A stretch of 64,000 bases of DNA from an uncultured candidate division Zixibacteria bacterium (lineage in GTDB: Bacteria > Zixibacteria > MSB-5A5 > UBA10806 > 4484-95), in assembly GCA_963668625.2 (NCBI GenBank), contig CAXXKA010000008.1:704001-768000 (forward strand). Direction: 5' to 3'. The stretch's first letter is position 1, and each line of letters starts with the position of its first letter. The position numbers and the translations under genes are program-made. Shown piece by piece: positions 10,081-19,711 of this stretch. Under the pieces are notes generated by a model. The model did not search any database. It saw only the letters and a list, made by a program, of their open reading frames with translations, and was not told the origin of the DNA.

Positions 10081-11796
10081 ATGCCTGATGTATTAATAAA
10101 AACCGTAAGTAACCTTACATTTAAAAAAGAGGGTGAGGTTTACTCCTCACCGGTTGATTGGCGGGATAATTTCATTTATTTCCTGCTCGTGGATAGATTC
10201 GATAACAATGAAGATATTCCCCTGTATGATGAGCAGGCCGCAGTTACCGATCGGGACAGTTCGCAGGGTAAATTATTTCAGGGGGGCAAAATTCGGGGTA
10301 TTATTCGGCGGTTGGACTATATTAAAAATCTTGGGGCTAACACGCTCTGGCTTAGCCCGATTTTCAAAAACCGGGTGGAGAAAAACGATACCTATCATGG
10401 CTACGGCATTCAAAATTTCCTGGATGTCGATCCCAGGTTCGGCACGAAAAAGGATTTAGTAGAGTTAGTCGACCAGGCTCATCGGCGTGGGATGTATGTC
10501 ATATTGGATATTATCTTGAATCATACCGGTGATAATTGGGCCTATCCGAATGACGATCCTTATTATTTTCAGAAAAGCGCTGCTCAACCTTTCGATTTCG
10601 GATTCTGGCGGGAGGCCGATAAAAAGCCCGGCTTTCAGCCCGATGATGCTATCTGGCCGAAGGAATTCCAAAATATATCATACTACAAACGTCGCGGGCA
10701 AATAAGCGATTGGAATAATCCCGATCAAGCCTTAAACGGTGATTTCCTGACGTTAAAAGAGCTGGATTTAAATAACGCCCTGGATCCCCTGATTAAAGCA
10801 TACAAGTACTGGATATCCACTGCCGATATCGATGGTTTCCGCCTCGATACGGCGAAGCATATGGAAACCGGGGCGACGGCTATTTTCTGCAACGCCATCC
10901 GCGAGTATACGAAAAGCATGGGAAAACATAATTTCTTTTTATTCGGTGAGATAGTCGCCGATGATACTACACTGCAAAAATATATCGGGCGCAACAGCCG
11001 TATCGAGGGTACCAACGAGCGTTTTCCCTCACTCGATGCCGCGCTGGATTTTCCGCTCTATTTCGTGCTTGAGGAGGTGATCAAAGGATTCGCCAATCCC
11101 TCACTTTTGCGTGAACGCTATGAGCGTTTTAAAACCATGTATGCCGATCACGGCGAGGCCGGGCAGTATTTCGTTACATTCGTAGATAATCATGATCAGA
11201 TGTCTCGTCCTTACAGACGTTTTATGCATGGTAATAAAATCTGGCAGCAGGCGATACTGGCAATGGGCTATCTTCTGACAAGCCAGGGGGTGCCCTGCAT
11301 TTACTACGGTACCGAGCAGGGTTTCGATGGTGGCGGCGATAATGACAGCTATATCAGGGAATGTATGTTCGGCGGTAAGTGGGGGCCGTTCAACACGACC
11401 GGTAGTCATTTTTTTAACCAGGAGAATACTATTTATAAAATGATCTCGAGTATCGCCAAGACCAGGGCCACCGAGCCGGCTTTACGATACGGCAGGCAGT
11501 ATTTCCGCGAGATATCGGGCAACGGCGCCGATTTCGGTTTCCCCATTGATGGCAACAGCACGCTGGCATATTCTCGTATCCTGGATGACACCGAGATACT
11601 GGTAGCACTAAATCTATCGGGAGCCGCCCGTAATGATTTTGTGACGATAGATAGCAACTTGAATCAGATCGGGGCTGAGATGGTGAACCTTCTGAATCCG
11701 GTACGCAAGACACCGATCGAAACACGCGCCAGCAGGCGGGTAGGGAAGATATCGCTCGAGCCGTGGGAGATGGGGGTTTATAAAGCGCAGGTGTGA
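10081..11796 (+). CDS. GH13 alpha-amylase family glycosidase
   Basis: IYFLLVDRF, YHGY, DIILNH, catalytic GFRLDTAKH, FGEI and FVDNHD, GVPCIYYGTEQ. Confidence 0.9.
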   Translation: MPDVLIKTVSNLTFKKEGEVYSSPVDWRDNFIYFLLVDRFDNNEDIPLYDEQAAVTDRDSSQGKLFQGGKIRGIIRRLDYIKNLGANTLWLSPIFKNRVEKNDTYHGYGIQNFLDVDPRFGTKKDLVELVDQAHRRGMYVILDIILNHTGDNWAYPNDDPYYFQKSAAQPFDFGFWREADKKPGFQPDDAIWPKEFQNISYYKRRGQISDWNNPDQALNGDFLTLKELDLNNALDPLIKAYKYWISTADIDGFRLDTAKHMETGATAIFCNAIREYTKSMGKHNFFLFGEIVADDTTLQKYIGRNSRIEGTNERFPSLDAALDFPLYFVLEEVIKGFANPSLLRERYERFKTMYADHGEAGQYFVTFVDNHDQMSRPYRRFMHGNKIWQQAILAMGYLLTSQGVPCIYYGTEQGFDGGGDNDSYIRECMFGGKWGPFNTTGSHFFNQENTIYKMISSIAKTRATEPALRYGRQYFREISGNGADFGFPIDGNSTLAYSRILDDTEILVALNLSGAARNDFVTIDSNLNQIGAEMVNLLNPVRKTPIETRASRRVGKISLEPWEMGVYKAQV

Positions 11797-11888
11797 TGGA
11801 GAGTTATAAAGCATAGTTGAAGCTTATAATTTAGATGAATTTAAAGATAGCCGATGTTGAATTTAAAAGGATGCTTTTTGAGAATGAC

Positions 11889-13700
11889 TCATCGGTTGTT
11901 ATGCAATATAATCATAGATGACTCATCAGCTACATATACGTAACTTCCAATTGTGAAGACATCACGCGTATGACCAGGCGTATTATAACTATCTACTAAT
12001 GTAGGGATGGCAGGATCAGAAATATCAATGACCTGTATTTTCCCATCGCCCAAATATGCGTAATTGTCAGATAGGAAAACATATCGAGAAAGGTTCGTGT
12101 TAATACGGCTGGTTAGCTCTAGCGCAACAGGATCGGAAATGTCGATAACTAGCAATTCCGATTTGAAAGTTACATAGGCGTAATCTCCTGATACTGAGAC
12201 TGATCTATATAAACCAGTTTCGCTGTAACTCCCTTCAAATGAAGGCTCAATTGGATTAGAAATATTTACAACTTGAAGACCGGTGGTTCGATCAATCAGG
12301 TATACATAATTATCAGAAACTATGAAATCCGTTATTCTATCGAATGTATTGAGTCTGGCGGCCAATACCGGCCTATACGGATCAGAGATATCAAGGATAT
12401 AAAGACCAGACCAAAAAGCCGCGTAAATGTATTTCTCGGAGGCATAAACACCAACCGCGTAGTCTGTATCATCAAAGTTGAATGAACTTATTAATGATGG
12501 TTTTGATAAATCAGAAATATCAATAATTTCAAGACCTGAAAAAGTAACTGCAAGGTATGCATAGTTTTCATCAACAAATATATCAGATATTTTGGGCTTA
12601 GTGCTATAGTTACTAACCTGAGTCGGTGTGGATGGAACAGAGATATCATATATATGAAGGCCGGAATTGGCGGTACCGATATAAGCATGGTTATCCTCAA
12701 TAAAGATATCTGTTACTTGTCCATGTGTTGCGTATTTTCCCATTGGATTTAATAGTGATGGTTGAGCGATATTTATAATCCAAATGCCACCAGCATCTAA
12801 ATAAACGTAGCCATTAGCGATGTATAATAAATTACCATGGCCTATATAATTTTTTTCTACTAATACTGGTTGCGATGGATCTGAGATATCAATAATCTGA
12901 ATCCCTAAACCAGATATGGTAATATATGCTTGATGCTCTACCACAAATACTTTCGATATTCGCTCGGCTGTTCCGTAGCTTCCTATTAACGATGGCTTTG
13001 CCTTATCAGAAATATCAAGAATTATTAGACTATCAGCAGCTAGAAAAGCGTGGCTATTAATAATGTAAATGTCAGTAATTTGACTTGAAGTGTGATATAC
13101 TCCCATCATGATTGGATTAATAGGGTTGGATATATCTAATATAGAAAAACTGGAATCATTCCCTGCAACACAAGCGAATTTCTCTGCGATGAAAAAATCC
13201 ATGATCATATTGGGCATGTTATATCTTCCCGCGAATTCCGGTTTGGATGGATTAGAAACATCAATAATATCAATACACGAACTGCAGTCGGCTATATAAG
13301 CATAATTTCCTGTGACACAAATATCTACAGACCGACTAATTGATTTACTTCGAGGTCGTTTCGGAATTATGTATTTGCTTTTAAGAGTCTGCTTAACCGG
13401 ATTGGAGATGTCGATAATTTGTAGACCATGTTCACCATCGATTAAATATGCATATTTACCAGAAACATCTAAAGCGCGCGTTCCCTCCTGCACATAATAT
13501 TTACTTATTTCGTCTAGGGATTTTGGATCCGACACATCCAGTATTATTAATCCACTTGTGAAAGCGCAGTAAGCAAAATCATTCATGACCGTAATATCTA
13601 TAGCGTTATACCAAAGTGATGAATTAACATAGTCTATAGTATTAGATTGTGTAGAACTAATAGTTACGGTTAATAATATTAGCATCACTATATTCCTCAC
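11889..13700 (-). CDS. secreted LVIVD-repeat beta-propeller protein
   Basis: Signal peptide and many YAY....GL.I.DISDP..P repeats; GGAGG RBS; AT-rich. Confidence 0.85.
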   Translation of the reverse strand: MRNIVMLILLTVTISSTQSNTIDYVNSSLWYNAIDITVMNDFAYCAFTSGLIILDVSDPKSLDEISKYYVQEGTRALDVSGKYAYLIDGEHGLQIIDISNPVKQTLKSKYIIPKRPRSKSISRSVDICVTGNYAYIADCSSCIDIIDVSNPSKPEFAGRYNMPNMIMDFFIAEKFACVAGNDSSFSILDISNPINPIMMGVYHTSSQITDIYIINSHAFLAADSLIILDISDKAKPSLIGSYGTAERISKVFVVEHQAYITISGLGIQIIDISDPSQPVLVEKNYIGHGNLLYIANGYVYLDAGGIWIINIAQPSLLNPMGKYATHGQVTDIFIEDNHAYIGTANSGLHIYDISVPSTPTQVSNYSTKPKISDIFVDENYAYLAVTFSGLEIIDISDLSKPSLISSFNFDDTDYAVGVYASEKYIYAAFWSGLYILDISDPYRPVLAARLNTFDRITDFIVSDNYVYLIDRTTGLQVVNISNPIEPSFEGSYSETGLYRSVSVSGDYAYVTFKSELLVIDISDPVALELTSRINTNLSRYVFLSDNYAYLGDGKIQVIDISDPAIPTLVDSYNTPGHTRDVFTIGSYVYVADESSMIILHNNR

Positions 13701-13774
13701 CCCACACCTCCTTAATACTTGTAATACTACAACATATAAACATCAGGTTAATACTAATCAGTATATCTATAAAG

Positions 13775-14031
13775 TCACTACTGTCCGGTCTTTTCATCTC
13801 GTTGCGAAGCGCTGCTTGGCAACGTGGCTTGTTTGCCTGCAGAATGCGTATTCTACATGACCCAAGGAGGTTTCCAGGCAGCGCTTGGAAACCAGAAAAC
13901 CAAGCCTAACATCGGCAGGATATGTCAGGATGAATGATACGCTGAATAAAATAATTATATCGGAAAATATTTTTCATTAACAATTCCAAGGAGAAATTTA
14001 AAATTTAACGAAAAACACCGGACACTAGTGA
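13775..14031. mobile_element. MITE-like non-autonomous element, copy 1 (257 bp)
   Basis: Terminal inverted repeats TCACTACTGTCCGGT / ACCGGACACTAGTGA (14/15 match). Flanked by a 7-bp direct repeat TATAAAG. Closely similar to 41877-42132. Confidence 0.85.
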
Positions 14032-14185
14032 TATAAAGTAATACATAAATTAAGCTGATTTATTCCAATAATTATCCCAAGCTCGAGTTTATAAAACTGC
14101 TAATATCCTGTCGACTGATTAATTTAAGGTGGCTTTAAGATGCCGGGCAATTTCAATAAATAATTTTGCTGTGATACAACAATCC

Positions 14186-15121
14186 CTAAAGCGCGTGAAC
14201 CGTTCTGTTTTTTTCTAATTGGAAACGTAAATCTTCCAAAGATTCTACATATATGGCGTTAATATCATTAATAATATTCTTATAGTATTTAGCTGCCCGC
14301 CCGCCAACAAGGATATCTACATTTCCACCGACATATTGCCTTAGCTTCGAAAACTCCCGGGCAACGGTTAAATCGTCAGAAGGATAAACCATGCTTAACG
14401 CGATAGCATCGGCTTTTTGACTGATAGCCGCGTTAGCAATATCATCAGCAGGAATGTTAGCCCCCAGATAAATAACTCGCCAGTTGTCTTCAGTTGCAGT
14501 TACAGCAGCTAATAATGCGCCGAATTCATGAACCTGGCCGGCTGGAGTTGTCACTACGATTGTTGAATCTTTGGGGGTTTCATTTTGGGTATTGAGCATA
14601 CCACCGAGAATCGTGCGAACCACCGTTGAAACTAAATGCTCATGTAAAACCTTCAAGTCGCCTGCCCGCCAGAGATCACCTATTTTATTCATTAATGGTT
14701 CAATAACCTGATTAAGAAAAACCGGTCGGCTAAGGACCACCGCCGCTTGCATCAAGATAGCTTCAACCTGTTTTTGATCTACATTTTTAGCCGCCTTAAG
14801 GCAAGAATCAATATATTCTGCAGGTGATTGATCATCGTTTATATTGTTCAGGCTGTAATTGTTCGCTTTCTCCAATGATTCACCGACAAGTTCAATCAAC
14901 TGGGGTAGAGTCAGGCTAGCGATTTGCCCGATACTTTCACCGTCAAGGGTGGCTTTACGCAACAATGATAGCCGCTTTATATCCTCATCGCTGTATAACC
15001 GTCGATTTGTATCGGTCCGCTGCGGGGTGACTACATTATATCGGCGTTCCCAGGCTCTTATAATGTATGGAGTGAGCCCGGATTTTTTTGCGGCTATTCT
15101 GATTGGGTGTAAAGTATTCAT
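14186..15121 (-). CDS. carH: CarH/LitR-type MerR family B12-binding transcriptional regulator
   Basis: MerR HTH (IRAWERRY..V.P.RT..NRRLYS), W-x9-EH (WRAGDLKVLHEH), and B12 motif HEFG...YLGANIP...LS...VGG. Confidence 0.85.
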   Translation of the reverse strand: MNTLHPIRIAAKKSGLTPYIIRAWERRYNVVTPQRTDTNRRLYSDEDIKRLSLLRKATLDGESIGQIASLTLPQLIELVGESLEKANNYSLNNINDDQSPAEYIDSCLKAAKNVDQKQVEAILMQAAVVLSRPVFLNQVIEPLMNKIGDLWRAGDLKVLHEHLVSTVVRTILGGMLNTQNETPKDSTIVVTTPAGQVHEFGALLAAVTATEDNWRVIYLGANIPADDIANAAISQKADAIALSMVYPSDDLTVAREFSKLRQYVGGNVDILVGGRAAKYYKNIINDINAIYVESLEDLRFQLEKNRTVHAL

Positions 15122-15131
15122 CGGTAATCTT

Positions 15132-15160
15132 ATTTTAGTATTTTATTGTACATTTGTCAA
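15132..15160 (-). promoter_or_regulatory. sigma70 promoter of carH (nearly leaderless transcript)
   Basis: Minus strand TTGACA (15160-15155), 17 nt, TAAAAT (15137-15132), about 10 nt before the ATG. Confidence 0.65.
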
Positions 15161-15273
15161 ATATTTTAACCATAAACTTGAACAATTTGTTTCTATGTTT
15201 TGGTAATGCAATTATAATGCTATATGTACCAATGTATTACATCTATTATTATCGATATTTGTAGATTTTTATT

Positions 15274-15317
15274 TTAATATACAAATTATATACAAAATGG
15301 GAACCTAATCTATACAG
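15274..15317 (+). promoter_or_regulatory. putative CarH operator, tandem 11-bp direct repeats
   Basis: TATACA at 15278, 15289 and 15311, with a degenerate unit at 15300. The exact 11-bp period matches the TnnACA repeat type bound by CarH. Confidence 0.6.
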
Positions 15318-15379
15318 TGTTGGTTTTCTGTATCAAATGAAATGGAAATCTTGAATGAAACCTTTACTTTGGAGGAAAG

Positions 15380-15604
15380 ATGAAAAAAATAGACGTAATC
15401 ATGGCCTTGCTTCTTGTGATAGGCGGGCTCAATTGGGGATTAGTTGGCCTTTTGAATTTTGATCTTGTGGCCACGGTTCTCGGCGATATGAGTGCCTTTA
15501 GCCGGATTATCTACGCTGTTGTCGGGATAAGCGCAATATACCAGGCTATGCAGTGGAGATCGATCCACAAACGTTGGAGTACTGCTGCCGTTGAAGGCAA
15601 ATAG
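15380..15604 (+). CDS. DUF378 family membrane protein
   Basis: LLVIGGLNWGLVGLLNFDLVA...SRIIYAVVGISA. Confidence 0.9.
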   Translation: MKKIDVIMALLLVIGGLNWGLVGLLNFDLVATVLGDMSAFSRIIYAVVGISAIYQAMQWRSIHKRWSTAAVEGK

Positions 15605-15711
15605 AAAATAATTACTGATTTGTGACAAGTACAGCCCGGATACTGCGGGGGGGGGGGATGACCTCCCCCTTGTTAGCCCGGGGAAATAGAAAACGATTTA
15701 AGGAGTAAGAG

Positions 15712-16257
15712 ATGTTTAAAAGAACAGTAATTGTAGCAATCGTAGCTTTAATGACAATTCCGGCGATGAGTTTCGCTAAGGATATGACCGGAAAATACGG
15801 TCTCGGGTACTTTAATTCGTCCACGCCTGTTGGCGGACGTTACTGGGTGAATTCTAATTTTGGTATCGACTTAGGCTTTGGTTTCGAGTCAACCGATCAG
15901 GGAGATGATAACTACACCGATTTTTATGTCGGAGCAGGTTTCCCTTATGTGGTTTACGATACCGAGCGGGTAAATTTCCTTATCAGACCGGGAATTACTT
16001 ATGGCTCTCTTGATGGTCGTCCATATGGAATTATGTCCGAGTCTAAATGGACCATGTTAAGTTTTACTTTGATGCCCGTGGCTGAGGTCTTTTTCGGCGA
16101 TCATTTCTCCGTCCAGGCGGGGCATGGATTTGAAATCGAAATGCTCTCATATCCTGATGAAGCCGAATTTGGCGTTCTGGCCGGTGAGTCCAGGACAAAT
16201 ATCAGGACTATAGAGGGTGGAATAAGTCACTTGGGATTCAATTTCTACTTTAAATAA
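15712..16257 (+). CDS. outer membrane beta-barrel protein
   Basis: Signal peptide, amphipathic aromatic strands, C-terminal GFNFYFK. Confidence 0.7.
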   Translation: MFKRTVIVAIVALMTIPAMSFAKDMTGKYGLGYFNSSTPVGGRYWVNSNFGIDLGFGFESTDQGDDNYTDFYVGAGFPYVVYDTERVNFLIRPGITYGSLDGRPYGIMSESKWTMLSFTLMPVAEVFFGDHFSVQAGHGFEIEMLSYPDEAEFGVLAGESRTNIRTIEGGISHLGFNFYFK

Positions 16258-16273
16258 AAACAGAAATGAGGGA

Positions 16274-18226
16274 ATGATGAAAAATTTAATTAATAAGTTA
16301 GCCTTGCTGCCAATCCTGGGAATAATCTTTATTACCGGTTGCAGTGATGATAACAACGATCCGGTTAGCCCGAACCCACAAGCAAATGCTAAGGTAAGGG
16401 TTATCCATACTAGTTACGATGCGCCTGCTGTTGACATATGGATCGACGATCAGGTCGCAATCTCTGACCTTGCTTACGGCCAATCCTCGGGTTACGCCGA
16501 GATCGGCTCGGGTATGATTAATGTAAAGGTAACGCCCAGTGGCGCGAGCGAACCTGTAGTTATTGAGGCTGACCTTGAATTAGCCGCCGATGGTGAATAT
16601 ACCGTATTCGCGGTCGATCAGCTCTCCTCGATTGAACCTGTAGTTAGTGCTGATAATCGCACTCCTGAGGCCAGTATGGCCAAGATTCGTTTCATGCACG
16701 CATCTCCGGATGCTCCTGCTGTTGATATTAAACTGAATAATGGTAACGGTCCGACTGTTTTTGGTAACGCATCTTTTAAAAGCATAGCCGAATATACCTC
16801 GGTTGATGCAGGTTCATACTCATTCGCGGTTACCGCCGCCGGTTCAACCGATGAGGTTGTCAGGTTTGACCCTATCAATGTTTCAGCCGGGACCAGCTAC
16901 ACCGTAGTTGCCCGGGGTACTTTAAACCCCGGCGATAACTACGATTTTGAGGTGCGTGTTTTTATCGATAATGATGAGGGCTCGGCTTTTGCTGATCTGA
17001 ACCCTGCGGAAGCTCCGACCTCGCTGATTCGTGTCGTACATACCAGTTATGATGCCCCCAGTGTGGATATCTGGGTTGACGGCGCAGTTGCCGTAAATGA
17101 TCTTGCCTATGGTATGTCCTCCGGTTATGCCATGGTTGAATCCGGTAACCGTCTCGTGCAAGTAACCCCGGCCGGTTCATCCTCCCCGGTAGTAATTGAT
17201 GCTACCCTGAATTTGATGGAAGATGCCGACTATACGGTTTTTGCAATTGATGAATTAGCGATGATTACGCCTCTTGTTTCCGAGGATATGAGAGATTCAA
17301 ACCCCGGTAAGGCTAAAGTTAGATTTCTCCACGCCTCGCCTGATGCCCCTGCAGTCGATATCAAGCTCGACTCCGGCAATGGCCCGGCCGTGTTTTTAAA
17401 TAGATCTTTTGGCGAACTCACCGATTATGCCGAGGTTGATGGCTCAGATTACACCTTTGTAGTTACACCTGCGGGAGCCTCAACCGAGGTTGTAGTATTC
17501 GATCCTATCACTGTCGTTGAGGGAAATGTATATACGGTGATAGCCCATGGTACTCTCGATAACTCGGATGAGTATCCGTTCTCTGTCAGGGCTTTTATCG
17601 ATAACAGTGATGGTGTCTCTTATGCCGATTTAACTCCTGCCGTTTCAAATGTCATGGTTGTACATGCCTCTCCGAATGCCCCCGGTGTTGACCTTCTGGT
17701 TGACAACCTTGTACTTAACAGCTCTGCTTTGGAATTCCCCTCCAATACCGGTTATTTGGGTACTGGAGCCGGTGACAGAAATATTAGAGTGAATGTCTCC
17801 GGCACAGAGACAACCGTTATCGAGGCCGATTTGAATCTTGATGCTGATATGAACTACTCGATATTCGCTATCGATGAGATCTCCGAGATCGCGCCATTGG
17901 TTATCATGGATGATTTAACTGCACCATCCCCTGGTATGGCTCATGTCAGATTTATACATCTCTCCCCTGATGCGCCGGCGGTTGATATCACTTTAACAGA
18001 TGGTACTATTGTATTCGGTAACTATGCTTTCGGTGAATACTCGATGTATACACCGGTCGGTGCCGGTACCTACGACTTTCAGGTAAGATTACAGGGAAGT
18101 GAAACCGTGGTTCTGGATCTTCCCGGTATAGAACTTATGAGCGGTAAAATATATACCGTATTCGCCAAAGGCTATGCCGGCGGCGGTGAACCATCATTAG
18201 GCGCGGAAATAATTGTTAATATGTAA
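16274..18226 (+). CDS. lipoprotein with three tandem DUF4397 units
   Basis: Lipobox ITGC; repeated VRVIHTSYDAPAVDI and RFxHASPDAPAVDI motifs. Confidence 0.85.
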   Translation: MMKNLINKLALLPILGIIFITGCSDDNNDPVSPNPQANAKVRVIHTSYDAPAVDIWIDDQVAISDLAYGQSSGYAEIGSGMINVKVTPSGASEPVVIEADLELAADGEYTVFAVDQLSSIEPVVSADNRTPEASMAKIRFMHASPDAPAVDIKLNNGNGPTVFGNASFKSIAEYTSVDAGSYSFAVTAAGSTDEVVRFDPINVSAGTSYTVVARGTLNPGDNYDFEVRVFIDNDEGSAFADLNPAEAPTSLIRVVHTSYDAPSVDIWVDGAVAVNDLAYGMSSGYAMVESGNRLVQVTPAGSSSPVVIDATLNLMEDADYTVFAIDELAMITPLVSEDMRDSNPGKAKVRFLHASPDAPAVDIKLDSGNGPAVFLNRSFGELTDYAEVDGSDYTFVVTPAGASTEVVVFDPITVVEGNVYTVIAHGTLDNSDEYPFSVRAFIDNSDGVSYADLTPAVSNVMVVHASPNAPGVDLLVDNLVLNSSALEFPSNTGYLGTGAGDRNIRVNVSGTETTVIEADLNLDADMNYSIFAIDEISEIAPLVIMDDLTAPSPGMAHVRFIHLSPDAPAVDITLTDGTIVFGNYAFGEYSMYTPVGAGTYDFQVRLQGSETVVLDLPGIELMSGKIYTVFAKGYAGGGEPSLGAEIIVNM

Positions 18227-18371
18227 ACAGGGGAACACCTGGATTTGTGACAAGGACTCCGCGGAAAAAATCGATCCGTATAAGCCGTTCGAGGATCAAA
18301 ATATCGAAAGATGTCAGGTAATGCCTTTTGACCACGGTGGCTGATTGGTAATTATATCAACTAATGTTAAT

Positions 18372-18405
18372 ACCGATCCCGTTTTATCCGGGATCGGTTT
18401 TTTTT
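18372..18405 (+). terminator. intrinsic terminator
   Basis: ACCGATCCCG-loop-CGGGATCGGT followed by a T run. Confidence 0.8.
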
Positions 18406-18422
18406 CAACCTGGAGAATGATA

Positions 18423-18799
18423 ATGAGGAATATGACAAGACAGGATTTTCTAAGTGAGATTTTTGATTATAAACATAATAAGGACGGGACTACCAGGAGA
18501 CATTGCCCTGCATAATTGATTTTTATGATGAGAATTGCCCTCCCTGCAAAGCAATAGAACCTGATTTAGTAAAACTGAACAACGATTATATGGGGTTGGT
18601 TGAATTTTATAGAGTCGATATAAATAAGGAAAAGATATAAACGCAAGAGCTTGGTGTTGATAATTTACCAACCCTGGTACTGTGTTCACCCGGCAGGAAG
18701 CCTGTAGTAATGCAGGGATATGCTGATTATGGTAAACTTAAACAAGTAATCGAGCAGCAGTTAACAGATCAGCACGGAGGAGTGATTGAAAATGCTTAA
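18423..18799 (+). pseudogene. thioredoxin pseudogene
   Basis: MRNMTRQDFLSEIFDYK, then a 1-nt frameshift near 18486, then LPCIIDFYDENCPPCKAIEP...VDINKEKI, a premature TAA at 18638, then TQELGVDNLPTL. Overlaps the ahpC start. Confidence 0.8.
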
Positions 18800-19247
18800 A
18801 GTTGGCGAATCGATTCCGAAATTCGAGCTTGATGTTTTCGTTGTTGATAATATTAAAAAAATCAAGTTCAGTGATTTACGTGGCAAGTGGCTGATACTGA
18901 TATTCTACCCGGCAGACTTTACCTGCGTATGTCCGACAGAACTCGAGCAAGCATCGGAGTTGTACGGCGATTTTAAAAATCTCGGTACGGAGATTATGAG
19001 CCTTAGTACCGATACTGCGTATAGTCACAAAGCCTGGCATAGCATGTCGAAAGCTGTCGGCAAAGTAAAATTATCGATGTTTTCTGATCCCTCGGGTAAG
19101 GTTTGTCGTATGTTTGGTACATACATAGAGGATGAGGGGCTTTCTTTACGCGCGACCTTTATTGTCAATCCTGATGGTAAGGTAATGTCGCTGGAGATGC
19201 ATGATACGCTGAATATAATAATTATATCGGAAAATATCTTTCACTAA
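18792..19247 (+). pseudogene. ahpC: peroxiredoxin AhpC, 3'-truncated
   Basis: GKWLILIFYPADFTCVCPTE, HKAWH, LRATFIVNP. Homology ends at EMHD, where MITE sequence begins; the GRN motif and resolving-Cys region are missing. Confidence 0.8.
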
Positions 19248-19298
19248 CAATTCCAAGGAGAAATTTAAAATTTACCGAAAAACACCGGGCACCAGTGA
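19196..19298. mobile_element. partial MITE copy (right end only)
   Basis: Matches the last ~100 bp of 13775-14031 and ends in the degenerate TIR ACCGGGCACCAGTGA. Confidence 0.8.
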
Positions 19299-19358
19299 TA
19301 AAGTTTAAGTAAATATATTTCATGCAATGATTATATTGGATTTTGATTAGATCAAAAG

Positions 19359-19431
19359 CTCCCCGGGACAGACTCGAACTGCCGACAGGGTGGTTAACAG
19401 CCACCTGCTCTACCAACTGAGCTACCGGGGA
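19359..19431 (-). tRNA. tRNA-Asn (GTT)
   Basis: TCCCCGGTAGCTCAGTTGGTAGAGCAGGTGGCTGTTAACCACC...GTTCGAGTCTGTCCCGGGGAG cloverleaf; CCA not encoded. Confidence 0.95.
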
Positions 19432-19711
19432 ATAATTTACTTATCGGCAAAACAAAATATTCATTTATTCTCGATTGTCAAGTTTATTTCTGCCAAATCG
19501 ATATATTCATTGATAATCCAACCAGAGGATATACTTCTTTGCGATTAAAATTCAACCTAATCATAACAATTATATCGATAAATATCATCACAATGCGATA
19601 TAATCATCTATACTAATATATTTATTTAATAAAACATATCGTGAAACTGATTGACACACTAAACGTAAAAACGTATATAGTCTCATTATCGCATACGGTA
19701 AGGAGATTCGT

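Noticed and set aside
15647-15657. G homopolymer as a phase-variation tract
   Set aside because: It is intergenic and pairs with the downstream CCTCCCCCT as a hairpin; it is not in a promoter spacer or coding frame.
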